Source: the human T2T-CHM13v2.0 reference genome, Homo sapiens | Assembly (NCBI RefSeq): GCF_009914755.1 | Contig: NC_060947.1 | Reading direction: 5' to 3' (one strand) | DNA: 64,000 bases | In this document: positions 47,914-64,000 of the stretch, in pieces | Position numbering within the stretch: position 1 is the stretch's first letter | Layout of the letters: the number at the start of each line of letters is the position of its first letter | Translations under genes and position numbers: made by a program | Notes under the pieces: model-generated | Told to the model about the DNA's origin: nothing | What the model saw: the letters and a program-made list of their open reading frames with translations, nothing else | Databases searched by the model: none

Positions 47914-48054
47914 AAGAATGTGCATTTTATCTATTTTACATTGTACAAGTTAGTGAGTTTTAGTATATTCACAATGTTGAGCAACAATCACCACTACCTA
48001 ACTACAGAGTATTTTCATCACCTTAGAAAGAAACTTCCTATTCATTAAATAGGA

Positions 48055-48296
48055 GAGGTCAGGAGTTCAAGACCAGCCTGGCCAACATGGTAAAAACCCT
48101 GTCTCTACCAATAATACAAAAATTAGCCAGGTGTGGTGGTGGGTGCCTGTAATCCCAGCTACTCAGGAGGCTGAGGCAGGAGAATAGCTTGAACCTGGGA
48201 GGTTTAGGCTGTAGTGAGCCGAGACCTCACTACTGCCCTCCAGCCTGGGCAACAGAGCGAGACTCTGTCTCAAACAAAACAAAACAAACAAAAAAT
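48055..48296 (+). mobile_element. 5'-truncated AluS
   Basis: Starts gaggtcaggagttcaagacc; (caaaa)n tail. Confidence 0.92.
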
Positions 48297-49516
48297 TGTC
48301 ACTCTTTATTAACCATTCACCCCATTCCCTGGCAAACACTAATCTATTTTTCATTTCTGTGGGTTTGCCTATTCAGGATATTTCCTATAAATAGATTCAT
48401 ACAATATGTGTCATTTTATGTTTGGCTTCTTTCACTAAGCATAATGTTTTCAAGGTGTATCCTGGTTGTACCATGTATCAATACTTATGGCTGAGTCATG
48501 TTACATTGTAAGGGTATCTCATAGTTTTGTTTATCTAATCGTCTGCTGATGAACATTTGGGTTGTTTCCTTTTCTGACTATTGTGAATAATGTTGCTATG
48601 AACATTCCTGTACACAGTTTTGTGTGCACATTTGTTTATAATTCTCTTGGTTATATGCCTCAGTTGAATTCTTGGGTCATATGGTAGCTCTTTGTTTAAC
48701 TTTTTGGGGAACTACCAGAATGTTTTCCAAAGCAGCTGCACCATTTTATAATCCCACCAGCAATATACAACAATTTCAATTTCTACACATCCTTGCCAAA
48801 ACGTTTTATTTTCTGTTGTTTAAATTGTAGCCATCCTAGTGTGTATGAAGTGGTATCTCATTATGTTTTTGGTTTGCATTTCCTTGATGATTAATAATGT
48901 TGAGCATCTTTTCAGGTCCTTATTGGCCATTTGTATATCTGCTTTGGAGAAATATATGTTCAAATTCTATGTTCCTTTTGAAATGTCCCAGTGCTTTTTA
49001 AATCACGTTCTTGCTTTCCGGCCCAATGAGCTGATTCAGTTTCACCTTATGCCTCACCTGCTCCAGACTGAGAGTCCAGAACTTCTCCATGGAGTCTCAG
49101 TTCCTCTTAGTGAGGAAAGTTATTTAGAAACAACAAAGCATGCTCAGCATTCTTAGAATATGACATTGCTTCTAAACCTTTTCAATGAGCAGTGCTCGGA
49201 TTTTTAAAAAATCATGGTTCAGACTGATAACTCTTTTTTCAATGTAATGTTGCAGTGTTTTTCTCACTCTTCTCTACTTCATAGTTGTATCATTCTTCCT
49301 TTTCCCACATTGATAGGCCTGGTTCCCCTAACATCTATATAATTACTCACTTTCTCTATCTTACAACAAACACAAAAAAGTTGCCGATTTACTACACCAA
49401 AACCACTATTAACAATAAACATAGTAAGTTCAAGATATTTTGCCATTCTTCTTGTTCTTAGAATATATAGCACTGAGTTTGTACAGAGGCTTTCATCAAA
49501 AAATATTTAAATAATT

Positions 49517-49843
<327 letters not shown>

Positions 49844-49940
49844 TTATCATTTTCACATAGGTAGATTTTTTTTTAAAGTTTGGATTCAAATTTAGTGTGT
49901 GCCTTTATTTAGCCTTTTTATTTAATGTCACTTTTTGTAG

Positions 49941-50618
49941 TTTTTTTTTATATTATTACACTTTAAGTTCTAGGGTACATGTGCACAACATGCAGGTTTG
50001 TTACATAGGTATACATGTGTCATGTTGGTTTGCTGCAACCATCACCTCGTCATTTACATTAGGTATTTCTCCTAATGCTATCCCTCCTCCAGCCCCCACC
50101 CCCGCAACAGGCCCTGGTGTGTGATGTTCCCCGCCCTGTGTCCAAGTGTTCTCATTGTTCAGTTCCCACCTATGAGTGAGAACATGCGGTGTTTAGTTTT
50201 CTGTCCTTGTGATAGTTTGCTGAGAATGATGGTTTCCAGCTTCATCCATGTCCCTGCAAAGGACATGAACTCATCCTTTTTTATGGCTGCATAGTATTCC
50301 ATGGTGTATATGTGCCACATTTTCTTAATCCAGTCTATCATTGATGGACATTTGGGTTGGTTCCAAGTCTTTGCTATTGTGAATAGTGCCGCAATAAACA
50401 TATGTGTGCATGTGACTTTATAGTAGTATGATTTATAATCCTTTGGGTACATACCCAGTAATGTGATCACTGGGTCAAATGGTATTTCTAATTCTAGATC
50501 CTTGAGGAATCACCACACTGACTTCCACAATGGTTGAACTAATTTACAGTCCTACCAACAGTGTAAAAGTGTTCCTATTTCTCCACATCCTCTCCAGCAT
50601 CTGTTGTTTCCTGACTTT
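49941..50618 (-). mobile_element. 5'-truncated L1 (L1PA6-like) 3' end
   Basis: Minus ORF 50159..50470 ends [11 protein letters not shown]; 3' UTR and T-tract. Confidence 0.93.
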
Positions 50619-50666
50619 ATGTAGTGTTTTTAATTCAAAAATGGGCTTTCAAAAATGTTGACAATG

Positions 50667-50985
<319 letters not shown>

Positions 50986-51153
50986 TCAAAAATGATGAAA
51001 TCATCTATGCAGCTTAGATTGGCTAACATAATAGCTGTCATGTACCATGTGGGAAACCTAAAATGCTATGTTCAGTTGGTGGGTTGGTACATCCTACTTG
51101 GAATTTCAGAAACCTTGAATGCAAACCTACCAGTAGGTAAATTTTAAGATTTA

Positions 51154-51850
<697 letters not shown>

Positions 51851-51869
51851 TTTTTTAATTAAAGAATTT

Positions 51870-52032
51870 TTGTTTTAATTTAAGTAGAACTACCTGAGAT
51901 GATTCAATGCCAGGGGCCCACCCAGACTAATCAAATAAGAATATCTGGATGGTGGATAGTGCTACTCAAGTATCAGAAAGTTTTAAACCCTCCAAGGTTA
52001 TTCCAGTGGTCAGCCCAGGTTGAGAACTCCTG
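51870..52032. mobile_element. MER5-family relic
   Basis: ggggcccacccagactaatcaaataagaatatctgg...ccaggttgagaac. Confidence 0.55.
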
Positions 52033-52309
52033 GCTAGGAGAAATCCTTTCTTCCTCCATTGGTACTTGCCTTCTTTTATCTTCAACAATAGACCTTAATA
52101 GCTTATTAGACCCACAGCACGATCAACTCATTGTGGAGTGGGAGCAAGGCAGCATGGGGTAGGTTTTTGTCCTCAATACCATCTTAGAAACCATGGGAAC
52201 TGGGAAAGGATCTGGATGTCTTCTTTTTGGAAAGAAAGTGAAGGAAACAAAATAAATAATCACATCAAAACAATTAGACTATTCATATTGTGACATATTT
52301 AATTATGAA

Positions 52310-52430
52310 AACTGGGTTCTTTTACTGGCTCTGCCACTGTTGCCTTGGCCTTAGCAGAGTCATTTAACCTCTCTGCACTTCAGTTTCCACATCTGTAATA
52401 TGAGAGGTTTGGGCTTGTCTATCTACAGTT
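52310..52430 (+). mobile_element. MIR relic
   Basis: gtcatttaacctctctgcacttcagtttccacatctgtaa core. Confidence 0.75.
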
Positions 52431-52455
52431 GGTTTTACAGATAAAACCTTTAACT

Positions 52456-53015
<560 letters not shown>

Positions 53016-54229
53016 CAGGGAAACCTTTCTCTCTCCTTTAAGTCTACAGGAGTGAATATACATTGTATAGATGATTGATCTTTAATAATGCTTTGGTTTG
53101 GAAATCACTACTTAAATCATTTCTGTAATACAGACATCAGTAGTTTGTGCAATGGTCTAGAGGAAGTTTATCAAGGGACTTTACATAAAACATACATAGC
53201 TTAGATTAATTAACAGGAGATGGGGGCTAAACTGGAGTTGGTACATGTCAGGCAAGTGCTTTAAGAACACCTTTTTTGGGCACTCACTTGGGTTTTCTCC
53301 ATTCTCATTCCATCTACCAGTGGCAATGGGGCTCCTCCCATCAAATTAGCAGTTTCCTTTGAAAATTCAAATTCGACAAATTTCTCCCTTAGAAAATTGT
53401 GTCTCTCTCTTCTCTAATTCCTGCTCTTTGGAAATGGAAATGAAGAGGGAACTGAAACTACAGAGTAAAACCCATTAGCTCTGTTGCAATTTTTTGCCTC
53501 GGGAAGAAAATAACAGCATTAGTCAGCTCGACATACATAGTTTTCAAAAGTATGTATATATTTTTAACATTTTAAAATATTACTATTTTAAATGTTAATA
53601 TTAAAATTTTAAAATATATTTAAAAATCTTTCTTAAATCTTTATAAAAATTCATTTTAATTAAATAAATTCACCTAATAAAAATGAAATATGGCAAAAAG
53701 ACTCAAATCTCATTTGACTACTCTATTGTTATTACTTTAGTATGTGCACTTCTTGATATTTTGTACACATTCAAAAACATGCTGATGCAATATCAGAGGA
53801 AGATCCAGAGTCACAATCGTTTGAAAAAGGAAAGAAAAAGTTTATGTGCAACGAGTGCAAGGAAGTCATAGTTCAGAAAGGCTGTCATGGCAAACACAAG
53901 TATCTAAAGAAAAAATGACAGAATTGCCAAGGTTACCCAGTTTACATGAACCTGAGAATGATGGAATATACCAAAGTTTTCACAAGATGGTGATATTAAC
54001 AAAGGTCACACAACATATCTTCAGATATCAGCATAGCAAAACATTAATTTTGTTAGGAATTCAAGTTTATAGAAAATATTCAAGATTTTGTTCCACTCTC
54101 CAGGATAATAGTATCTTGGGGGAAATTTTAGGTAAGGGTGACCCTCTTATTATCCTTATTATCATTTATTATGGTAATGAATTGCTTAGTGATGTTGGAA
54201 GCAAAGCAAAATGTCAATTTTTGCTTCTA

Positions 54230-54620
54230 CAATATCCATAAAATATGTAAGTATTTTTACATTAATGTCATGTTCTAGATACAATTTTTTCATCTTTTCT
54301 TCACTGAACGATACAGTCCTTGTAGAGTTTTGCATGCCAGGCCATTAGGATCCACTTTCTTTTTTTAACTGTCTCATAGTATTCCATAACATGAATATGT
54401 CATTATTAGTCGTCCTCTGTTGGTAGGAACTTAAGTTGTTGCCATATTTTTACTTATAAATTGGTTGTCCTTTTAGACGCAGCCAGTTAGATGCAGCCAT
54501 GTACTCATGTGCAAAGGTTTCTCTAGGGAAGACACCAAAAAATAGAATTGCACATGAAATTTTGTTCTTTCCTGACAAATCACCCTCCATAAAGGCTATA
54601 TCATTTTATATTCCCACCCC
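54230..54620 (-). mobile_element. Ancient L1ME-like fragment
   Basis: catagtattccataacatgaatatg...ttaagttgttgccatatttttact. Confidence 0.55.
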
Positions 54621-54789
54621 TCTGCCTTGGGTTTCTATAATAAGTAATATGCCCAAGGTTGGCATCTTAAACTTTGAAGTAAATCCCCCTCTGGTATATT
54701 TGTGGAATAATGGACCTGTTAGTTCCACCCAGGAACCGTTCAGTTGCCATCTGCTGTTCCACACCTATGATCTTCCTTGCCATTGCCAG

Positions 54790-55265
54790 GTATATAAGTT
54801 TCTTATTGCTGCTGTAACAAACTAACACAAGCTTAATGTTTTAACACAACACAACTGTATTATCTTATAGATTTGGAGGTCGCAAGTGCAAAATGCATTT
54901 TATGAGGCTAGAAAGTGTCAGCAGCATGATATTCCTTATGAAAGTTCTACAGAGGATAGATACCCTTGCCTTTTCCAGCTTCTAGAAGTCACCTGCTTTC
55001 CTTGGTTCAGAGCCCCTTCATCCATCTTCAAAGCCAGCAGTATAGCATCTTCAAATCTCTCTCTGATTTTGGCTTTCTTGCCTCCCTCTTATAATAACCC
55101 TTGTGAATACATTTAGGGCCAACCTAGATAATCCAGGATAATCTCCCCACCTCAATATTCTTAATCACATCTGCAAAGTTCTTTTTGCCATATAACATAA
55201 AATAGTCACAGGTTTAGGTGATTAAGACATGGACATCTCTGAGGATCCATTATTCTGGCCTCACA
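54790..55265 (-). mobile_element. MLT1C-like solo LTR
   Basis: attgctgctgtaacaaac...cttgccttttccagcttctagaag...cattattctggcctcaca. Confidence 0.85.
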
Positions 55266-56799
55266 CACCAGGATGCTACATAGAAATTCAGCATGATTGT
55301 CTTCCTCAATTCTATACTGCTGTTTTCACCCTGGTCTCACCAAAGAATAGTGTGGTGATGGTGACACTCTTTTTGATGCCTGCTATATTGTTAAGTCTAG
55401 GGGGTAACATCAGAGTAAAACAAGTCAAAACTCTTCTTGAACTATGCCATTCACACAGCAAGGGAAAAGAAAAATGACAAAATGTAATTATTTAAGGAAA
55501 TGCCCCATTAGAACAGACCTTATTTTGCAAACTAACTGCCCTGTGTCCCGTGCCACCTATCCCTCCATTCCTTCAAGAGAGGCTCCCCCATGCTATTCCT
55601 CACCCTTTTAAGACAACACACTCCTTGAATAAGCGTTAGTCTTTCCCAAACTGAGCAATCCAAGATAAGTTCAGCTTCAAATTCTCAGTATGAAATAAAA
55701 CCATGCCTTCTCATTCTCCCCAGGTACCCAGTCAGCAACCACACACACACACACCCCACAAAGACAGTTTCCAGAATTAATGCAGTCCAAAAACACACTG
55801 AGGCAGAGAAACATTTTTCTAAATTTGATAATATCAGACTCATTATGATGCATCAAGTCAGATCCCCAGTTGTTCATTATCTTGCTCCTAGGCCTCCTCA
55901 ACTCTGGTAAACAACCTCGTCATGCACATTTGATCACCACTTTCTGTATATGAAAATACATGACCAAACTTTCAAAATGACTGTATCCTTTACACCGATC
56001 ACATGTAAAGGATACAATCACTTACATTAGGCCAGATATCACTCATGTTCATCTGCATAAGCAAAAGGGAAACAAGATGAAGCTTTGGTAACTTTTATTG
56101 TAAGGCCAGGGATTTTGAGAGGTTCTCTGTCAGCCGCATACTTAAGTGACATTAGGCAGACAGGCTAATAGCATTGTAAAATTTAGGAATACGGAAAATA
56201 GAAAAAATTCTCATACTTGGAACAATTCTTATTAGCAAAAACTACATGGAACGCTTTCTGATTCAAGTGGAAATAGAAGACATGTAACAGGAATAAATTA
56301 GGTGGATAGCAATTTTTATGTTAATAACAATATGACTTAAAAAGAGTGTTCCCTGGATGCAGATAATTATTCTTAAATAATGAGCCTATTATAACAACCT
56401 GCATTAGGAACATATATTTTAGCTATAGAATTTTTTTTGCTTTCACAAATTTTTCTGTTTTAATGAATTTACTCTATTACTTCTGACCTATTTTATATTA
56501 TGAAACTGAGAGCTCTATTGAGAATATAATTGCAAATGGCTTTGTATGTCTCCATTTCATTCAAAAAGTTTTATCTATGTACATAGAGCACTCGAATGGA
56601 ATTTAAAAAGCTACTAAATTAACTCAAAAGCAAAGGAGACTTTCAGCATCTACAAAATATAATATGACATTTGATGTCAACTTTAATTTTATAAATAATT
56701 CCATGATATTTTTATATTCCATAGGCCAATGCTTCATTAATGAGCAAACAAACAAATGATAGTGCTGAGAAAAACTTTATTCATATAGGCATGTAGCTC

Positions 56800-57632
<833 letters not shown>

Positions 57633-57984
57633 AAGCTCATCTGCTTTCTGATTGTCTAATAGAGATGTAATTAAGAGCATAGTTAAATTGGGGTTAACAA
57701 GGAAATGTTACCATTTCCACCTTAAGAGGCAGTGGAACACCTTACCTTTCAGACTCAGTACCTTTGCAGGTATCTGTGAGACTGAAATGTAAATAGATTA
57801 TTGTGAGTGGGATTAGCTTTTTGGCCTCTACAATTCTTTGGGTGATCTCTTCTGTTTGCCTTGATCCCAGATGCCTTTAAAAATCCAGTTTCCAATATTG
57901 TGTCTGTGGCCCACATTCATCCTTATGGTGATAGTATATCCCAACTATTTGTCCAAGTTCCATTCTTTGATAGAAATAATGGTT

Positions 57985-58240
57985 AATACCAATAATGATG
58001 CATATTTATGGAGTGCTTCTAAGTGCCAGGCAGTATGCTAAACACTTTGTATGTATCATCTTATTCAAAAATCCCAAATATCCCCCATGAAATGTTCTAT
58101 TTTTATTCCCATTACGTGGATGAGAAAACTAAAACTCAATGAAAGATAGAGGCTTGACAAAGTTAATAAGCTATTAAGTGGTAGAAGTGGGATTTAAACC
58201 CAGATAGGCCAACTCTAGGGCAGACAGCACATTATGCTAC
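57985..58240 (-). mobile_element. MIR
   Basis: tattcccattacgtggatgagaaaactaa...taagtggtagaagtgggatttaaacccaga. Confidence 0.8.
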
Positions 58241-59144
58241 TACCAAATGTGTTCAGATAGCTGCTATTCATTTATTAGTTAGTTCGATGTTCTGTAAGAA
58301 AGGGAAATTCCTAACACATGCCCTCCCAATATTAGGTTTAGATGAGTGAGAGTGAAAAGATATAGGTAAATGTACAATGCTAGACCTTTACCTAAGATAT
58401 AACAATTTTCTTTTCTTCTACTTCAGATTAAATAACGTTTAGTCCTAACTTTGTGATTTATCAAGAGATCATTAACTGCGTTTGATTGCACAATACTCCC
58501 CTCTCAACATGGACATTAGTAGCTTGCTGTGTGATTGTTAATTCCAATCAGTTTACATTAGGTCAAGCTGCCAAGTTCACTAGTAAAAAGTAATGTATCT
58601 CCAAAATAAATGCTGCTTTAGGGAAGCTTTTCTGTCAATCACTATATTCTTCACAGAATTTTTAATGAGCCGACACAACCCACAGAAAATTGCCCAGTCA
58701 GATACATCAAGTAGATCTTTCCACATTGATAAGCTAGTCAATTAATTCCAAACATTATTAGCCTAGTCAAGAATTACAGTTAGAAATAGTGATCATTCCA
58801 AGTTAATATGGAAGAGCCAAGCAGGTTGAGTTCACAAACAATTGTCCAAAAGCGAGTCTTTAAGTATTAGTAATAAGAATATGATTGGAACAAGAAGAAT
58901 GATAGTTGACTTGAACTAAGATGTATTTTAAAAAGCCTAGCACCAGGCTTCAGATTTCCTATTTCTTATAAATGCTACTGGAGGCTCAACAAGAAGAAAA
59001 TATGGTTTACCTACGTAAGGTTCCTAAAGACGATTTTGTTATTAACTTCTGTATTTTCATGTATTGGTGCTACATCTGAATAAATGAAACATATTATGCG
59101 AAAAAGACCATCTTAGATTACAAATACTTATATATGTCTCTTCC

Positions 59145-59268
59145 TCCACTGAGTGTAAGTTCTCAAAGGTAAAGAATTGCTTTTTTAATTCATTTCTGTA
59201 TCTGCCAAAGCACACCCAACACAGTGCCTGGCACAGTTGTTCAAGAAGATATGGCTTGAGTGGAATTC
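59145..59268 (+). mobile_element. L2 3' end
   Basis: tgtaagttctcaaagg...acagtgcctggcacag. Confidence 0.7.
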
Positions 59269-59379
59269 AATTTAAATGTCTCTTTTTGTTCTAAATAACT
59301 ATTTTTATATTTGCACAAAAGGCATTCAGGTATTCAAATTCATCTAACCTAGTCTATTACATTAATATCATATTCACTT

Positions 59380-60180
59380 TTATGTTAGCAGCTTTACTGA
59401 GACAAGATTTACATGCCATAAAGTTTACCCATTAAAGTGTACATTTCAATGGCTTTTAGTATATTTACAGTGTTGTGCAACCATACTGTAATCAATTTCA
59501 GGGCATTTTTATTACCCCATAAAAAAACCCTGTACCCATTAGCAGTCACTCTCCCCACCTCCAGCCCCTGGAAACCATGAATCAGCTTTCTGTCTCTATA
59601 AATTTGCTTATTCTGGACATTTTATATAAATGGAATTATACAATGTGTGGCTTTTTGTGTTCAGCTTCTATAATTTATCATAATGTTATTGAGATTCATT
59701 GTAGCATATATTAGTACTCAGTCCTTTTTATGGCTAAATAGTATTCTGTTATAGGAATATACACATTTCGTTTATTCATTGATCTATTGATGGACATTTG
59801 GGTTGTTTCCACTTTTTGGCCACTACAAATAATGCTGCTATGAACATTTATGTACAAGTATTTGTGTGAACATAAGTTGTCATATCTCTTGGGCATATAC
59901 CTAGGAGTGTAATTGCAGACTCATATAGTAACCCTATGCTCAACTTTTTGGATAATTGGCAGGCTGTTTTCTAAAGCAGCTGCACCATTTTACATTCCCA
60001 CCAGCAACGTAAGGGGAGTCCAGTTTTTCCACATCATCACTAACACTTGTAATTTTTCTTTCTTTTTTTATTTCAGCCGTCTTAATGGGTGTGAAATGGT
60101 ATGTCATCGTGGGTTTGGTTTGCATTTTCCTAATGACTAATGATATTGAGAAACTTTTCTTGTGCTTAGTAAACGTTCTT
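59380..60180 (-). mobile_element. L1MB-like 3' end
   Basis: cagctttactgagac...gatggacatttgggttgtttccac...aaatggtatgtcatcgtgg. Confidence 0.85.
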
Positions 60181-61334
60181 GAAGTCCAACTTCTTGATAT
60201 TTTTCTTTTGTTGCTTAGGCTTTCGGTATCATATCTAAGAATCCATTACCTAATCCAAGGTCTACTTTGATGCCAATATCACACAATTTTGATTATGTAA
60301 CTTTTTCATAAATCTCGAGTTGTACATTTTTTGTATTTTCCTCTCATATGGCTTAGCAATGTTCCACATTTTGATATGTTTTGTTTTTATTTTCACTGAG
60401 TTTTATGTATTTTTTACATTTTCTTTGAGTGTTCCTCCATGACTTACGTAAGATTTAAAAGCATGTTCTTTAATATTCAAGTGCATGGATATTTTCCTGA
60501 TGTCTTTGTTATTTATTTCTAGTTAGACTCTATTATGGTCAAAGAACAAATTTCACACACTTTCTAGTCTTAATTTGTTGAGATATGTTAATGGCCCGAT
60601 ATATGGTATATCTTAGTGACTGTTTCATGGGTTCTTGAAAAAAAAATAGTGTATTTTACTATTTTGGGGTGGATTGTGGTATATATGTCAATTAGACCTT
60701 TTTGGCTGGTTGTATTGTTCAGTTCTTTTATATCCTTGCTGATTTTCTGTCCAGTAGTTTTATCAGTTTCTGAGAGTGGAATGTTAAAGTCCTCAACTAT
60801 AGCTGTGGATTTATCTATTTCTCCTTTCAGCTCTATCAGTTTTTACCTCAAGTATTTTGAGGCCTGTTTTTTGGTGCACATGCATTCAGTATCGTTATAT
60901 ATTTTTGGTGAATTGACTCTTTTATCATTATGTAATGTCTATCGTTGTCAGTAATTTTCTTTTCTGTGAAATCTACTTTATCTGATATTGATATATTCTC
61001 TTCCTTTTTAACAATTAATGTTTGCATAGTGTATCTTTTTTCATCCATTTATTTTCAATCTACCTATGTAATTGTATTTGAAGTCAGTTTCCTATAGGAA
61101 AGATATTGTTGGATCATATTTTTAACCCACTTTGCCAATCTCTCTCTCTTAATTGGTGTATTTAGACCATTTACATTTAAAGTAATTATTTATATGTTAA
61201 GGCTTAAGTCTGCCATGTTATTGTTTGTTTTCTATTTGTTTTCTCTGTTTCTTGTTCCTCCGTTTGTCTTTTTCTTAACTTCCTATGAGTTGCTTGTACA
61301 TTTTTTAGGATATAATCTTGATTATTTATATATC

Positions 61335-61707
61335 TGTATTAGTCCATTTTCATGCTGCTGATAAAGACTTACCTGAGACTGGGCAATTTACAAAAGAAAG
61401 AGGTTTAATTGGACTTACAGTTCCACGTGGCTGGGGAAGCCTCACAATCATGGCAGAAGGCAAGGAGGAGCAAGTTACATCTTACATGGATGCCGGCAGG
61501 CAAAGAGAGAGTGAGAAGCCAGGTGAAACGGGTTTCTCCTTATAAAACCATCAGATCTTGAGACTTATTCACTACCACAAGAACAGTATGGGGGAAACCG
61601 CTGCCATGATTCAATTATCTCCCACCAGGTCCCTCCCACAAAAATGGGAATTATGACAGATACAATTCAAGATGAGATTTGGGCGGGGACAAAGCTAAAT
61701 TATATCA
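61335..61707 (-). mobile_element. THE1B-like solo LTR
   Basis: tgtattagtccattttcatgctgctgataaagac...tatatca; TSD Rtatc. Confidence 0.92.
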
Positions 61708-62563
61708 GTATCTTTTGAACATATCATCTTATATTGTTCTCTTAGTGGTTGCTCTAGGTGTTACAATGCATGTAAGTAAGCTATCACTTCTATTAATGGT
61801 TTATCACTTTGAGTGAAGTGTAGAAATCTTACTACCATTTAGGTCCTTTTACCTTTCCTAAATTTTAAATATAATGATCTTAATTATTTACTCTAGATAC
61901 ACTGAGCATCACATCTAATGATGTCATAATTTTTGCTTCAAACATCAAATATAGTGTATGAAACTCATGAGAAGACTAGTCTTCAATATATTACCCCATT
62001 CTTACTCATTCTGATGCTTTTCTTTCCTTTTTGAAGTTCCAAGCCTTCATTTGTTATCATTTCCTTTCTGTTTAGAGAACTTCCTTTAGCCTTTCATTAA
62101 GGGTGCTTTTACTTGCAACAAAGTATCATAAGTTTCCTTCTTGTAGGTTTCCTTCACCTGAGAATGTCTTTATTTCCCGTTTATTCCTGAAGAATATTTT
62201 TGCTGGATGCAGAATTCTGGGTTGATATTTACTTCCTTTCAGTACTTGAAAAATCTTGCACCACGCCTTCTAAATTGCATAGTTTTAGGGTGGGAAATTT
62301 ACTGCAATTCAAGGTGGTATTCCTCTATATGCAATATGTTGTTTCTGTCTGTCTGCTTTTAATTCTTTTCTTTTTGTTTAGTTCTCACAAGTTTAATTTT
62401 GTTGTGTCTTTGCATACATTTTTTTAGGTTTATCCTACTTGGAGTTTCCTCAGCTTTTTGAATCTATAGGATATGGCTTTCACTAAATTTGGAGAGTTTT
62501 CAACCATTATTTCTTTAAATGTTTTTGTTCTTCTCAGACTCTGATGATACAAATGTTAGATCT

Positions 62564-62698
62564 TTGTTATTGTCCTAAAGTTCCCTGATACTTTGTTTAT
62601 TTTCTGCCCGGTCTCTTCTCTCCCCTGAGTTGTTATTGTCCTAAAGTTCCCTGATACTTTGTTCATTTTCTGCCAGGTCTCTTTTCTCCCCTGAGTTG
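62564..62698. repeat. 66-bp tandem duplication (2 copies)
   Basis: ttgttattgtcctaaagttccctgatactttg starts at 62564 and 62630; 3 mismatches. Confidence 0.92.
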
Positions 62699-64000
62699 AG
62701 ATAAATTTCAAACTGAGTGCATTCCAATAATCTGTACTTAAGTTCACTGATTCTATCTTCTTGTGATCTCCAATGTACTCTTGAGCCCACCTATTGAATT
62801 TATTTTAATTACTACACTTTTCAGTTCTATGATTTCCATTTTGTTCTTTTTTATAATTTCTATTTCTTTGCTGAGGTTTTCTATTTTTTTCCTTTGTTTC
62901 AAGAGTATATGTAATTGCTTGTTGACACATTTTGATGATGGCTGCTTTAAAAACCTTATCAGATAATGCGAAGATCTGATTCACCTTGCTTTCAACCACC
63001 TTGGTGTTTTATCAGTTCGTTGGTTCTTTTTATTCATGCTGTGATTTTTCTGATTGTTCGTATAGCAAGTGATTTTTCCATTATAGTCTAGACATTTTAG
63101 ATATTACATTATGAGACTATGGATCCTATTTCATCTCCTCTTTTTAGCAGACAATTGCCTGTTCAAGTGTAGCATGAAGGCAGTTTGCCATGCATATTCT
63201 GTTTCCAACTGAACCCCACCAACACTATCATGACAAAAGTGGGGCAGTGACTCACATTGCCTCACTACAGATAAGTGGGGTAGAGGTTTAGCCACACCTT
63301 TGGCCCTGTTAACACCATCTTGATGAAAGTAGGACACTGAGTCACATTGCTTCATTGCCTCTGAGTAGGAGTATAAGCTCGACTTCCCACTGGACACTCT
63401 GACACCAGCAAGGGGTAAGGAGAGGACTGATGCATACCTCTTTGTTACTACAGATGGGGGCAGAAGCTCACTCTCTGCTAAACCCCATTAATACCAGGGA
63501 AGCACAGGGTTTGAGAAAGCAGAGTGTCAACCAGCTCTACATCCTACCACCTCATTCAGCTTCATTTATGCAGGTGGAAATAGAGGGTCAGTTCCCTACT
63601 GAGCCCTACTGACATCAAGGCCCAGTGGGGAGCTGAGGTTCAACTCCCACCTGGCATCAATGCCTGGCATCAATGAAATGCTTGGTGACCCAAATTTGTA
63701 CTGCCTTCCTAAGTCTCACTAATCCTGGGTACAGAGGAGGCTCAGCTGCCTGCTGGACCCCACGGCCACTACACTGGCTGGGGAATCAGAATACTGCCTG
63801 AGACAGCCAGGGAGAGGCAAAAAGACCAGGTCCCTGCTCAGTCCTGCTAACACTATCTTGGCAGAGGAATTGGAGCACTTCCTGGTTCTGCTGAATGGAA
63901 GCAGAATTTCAACTGCCCCATTAACTTGCTGACAAAAGTGCTGTCTGCTTCCACCAGGCAGCAGTGGGAAGATTAGCTCCACATTTAGAAAATTAGGTCC

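Larger units (their letters stand above)
60180..64000 (-). mobile_element. Old L1M 5' portion (endonuclease region, inter-ORF/ORF1, probable 5' UTR), interrupted by THE1
   Basis: Minus ORF 60848..61048 ISDKVDF...HYIMIKESIHQKYITILNACAPKNR is L1 endonuclease; 5' UTR assignment of 63130-64000 is less sure. Confidence 0.7.

Noticed and set aside
53846-54241. 131-aa ORF in apparently unique sequence
   Set aside because: Non-ATG start, no recognisable domain, and length within chance expectation.

Overview
AT-rich, repeat-dense primate genomic DNA, probably hominoid given an L1PA3-like 3' end and AluY copies. It reads as intergenic or intronic. I found no supportable host protein-coding exon, RNA gene or CRISPR array. 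The longest ORFs derive from LINE-1, Alu or LTR sequence, and the remainder look like chance ORFs. The window holds a near-full-length L1PA7-like element with a younger antisense L1 nested in its ORF2, many older L1 fragments, about 13 Alus, MaLR/ERV LTRs, MIR/L2/CR1 relics and DNA transposons (Ricksha/MULE, MER82, MER85, MER58, MER53, MER5). Three observations stand out. (1) The nested antisense L1 is 5'-truncated almost exactly at the L1 position homologous to its own insertion site, leaving a ~3 kb quasi-palindrome with a ~39-bp spacer and a target-site deletion. (2) The Ricksha right terminal repeat contains a multi-template insertion copied from nearby DNA. (3) A complete MER85 retains its CSB-PGBD3-type palindrome. 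Repeat family and subfamily names come from my recall of consensus sequences, not from a database search, and boundaries of old repeats are approximate. I see no convincing novel gene system.
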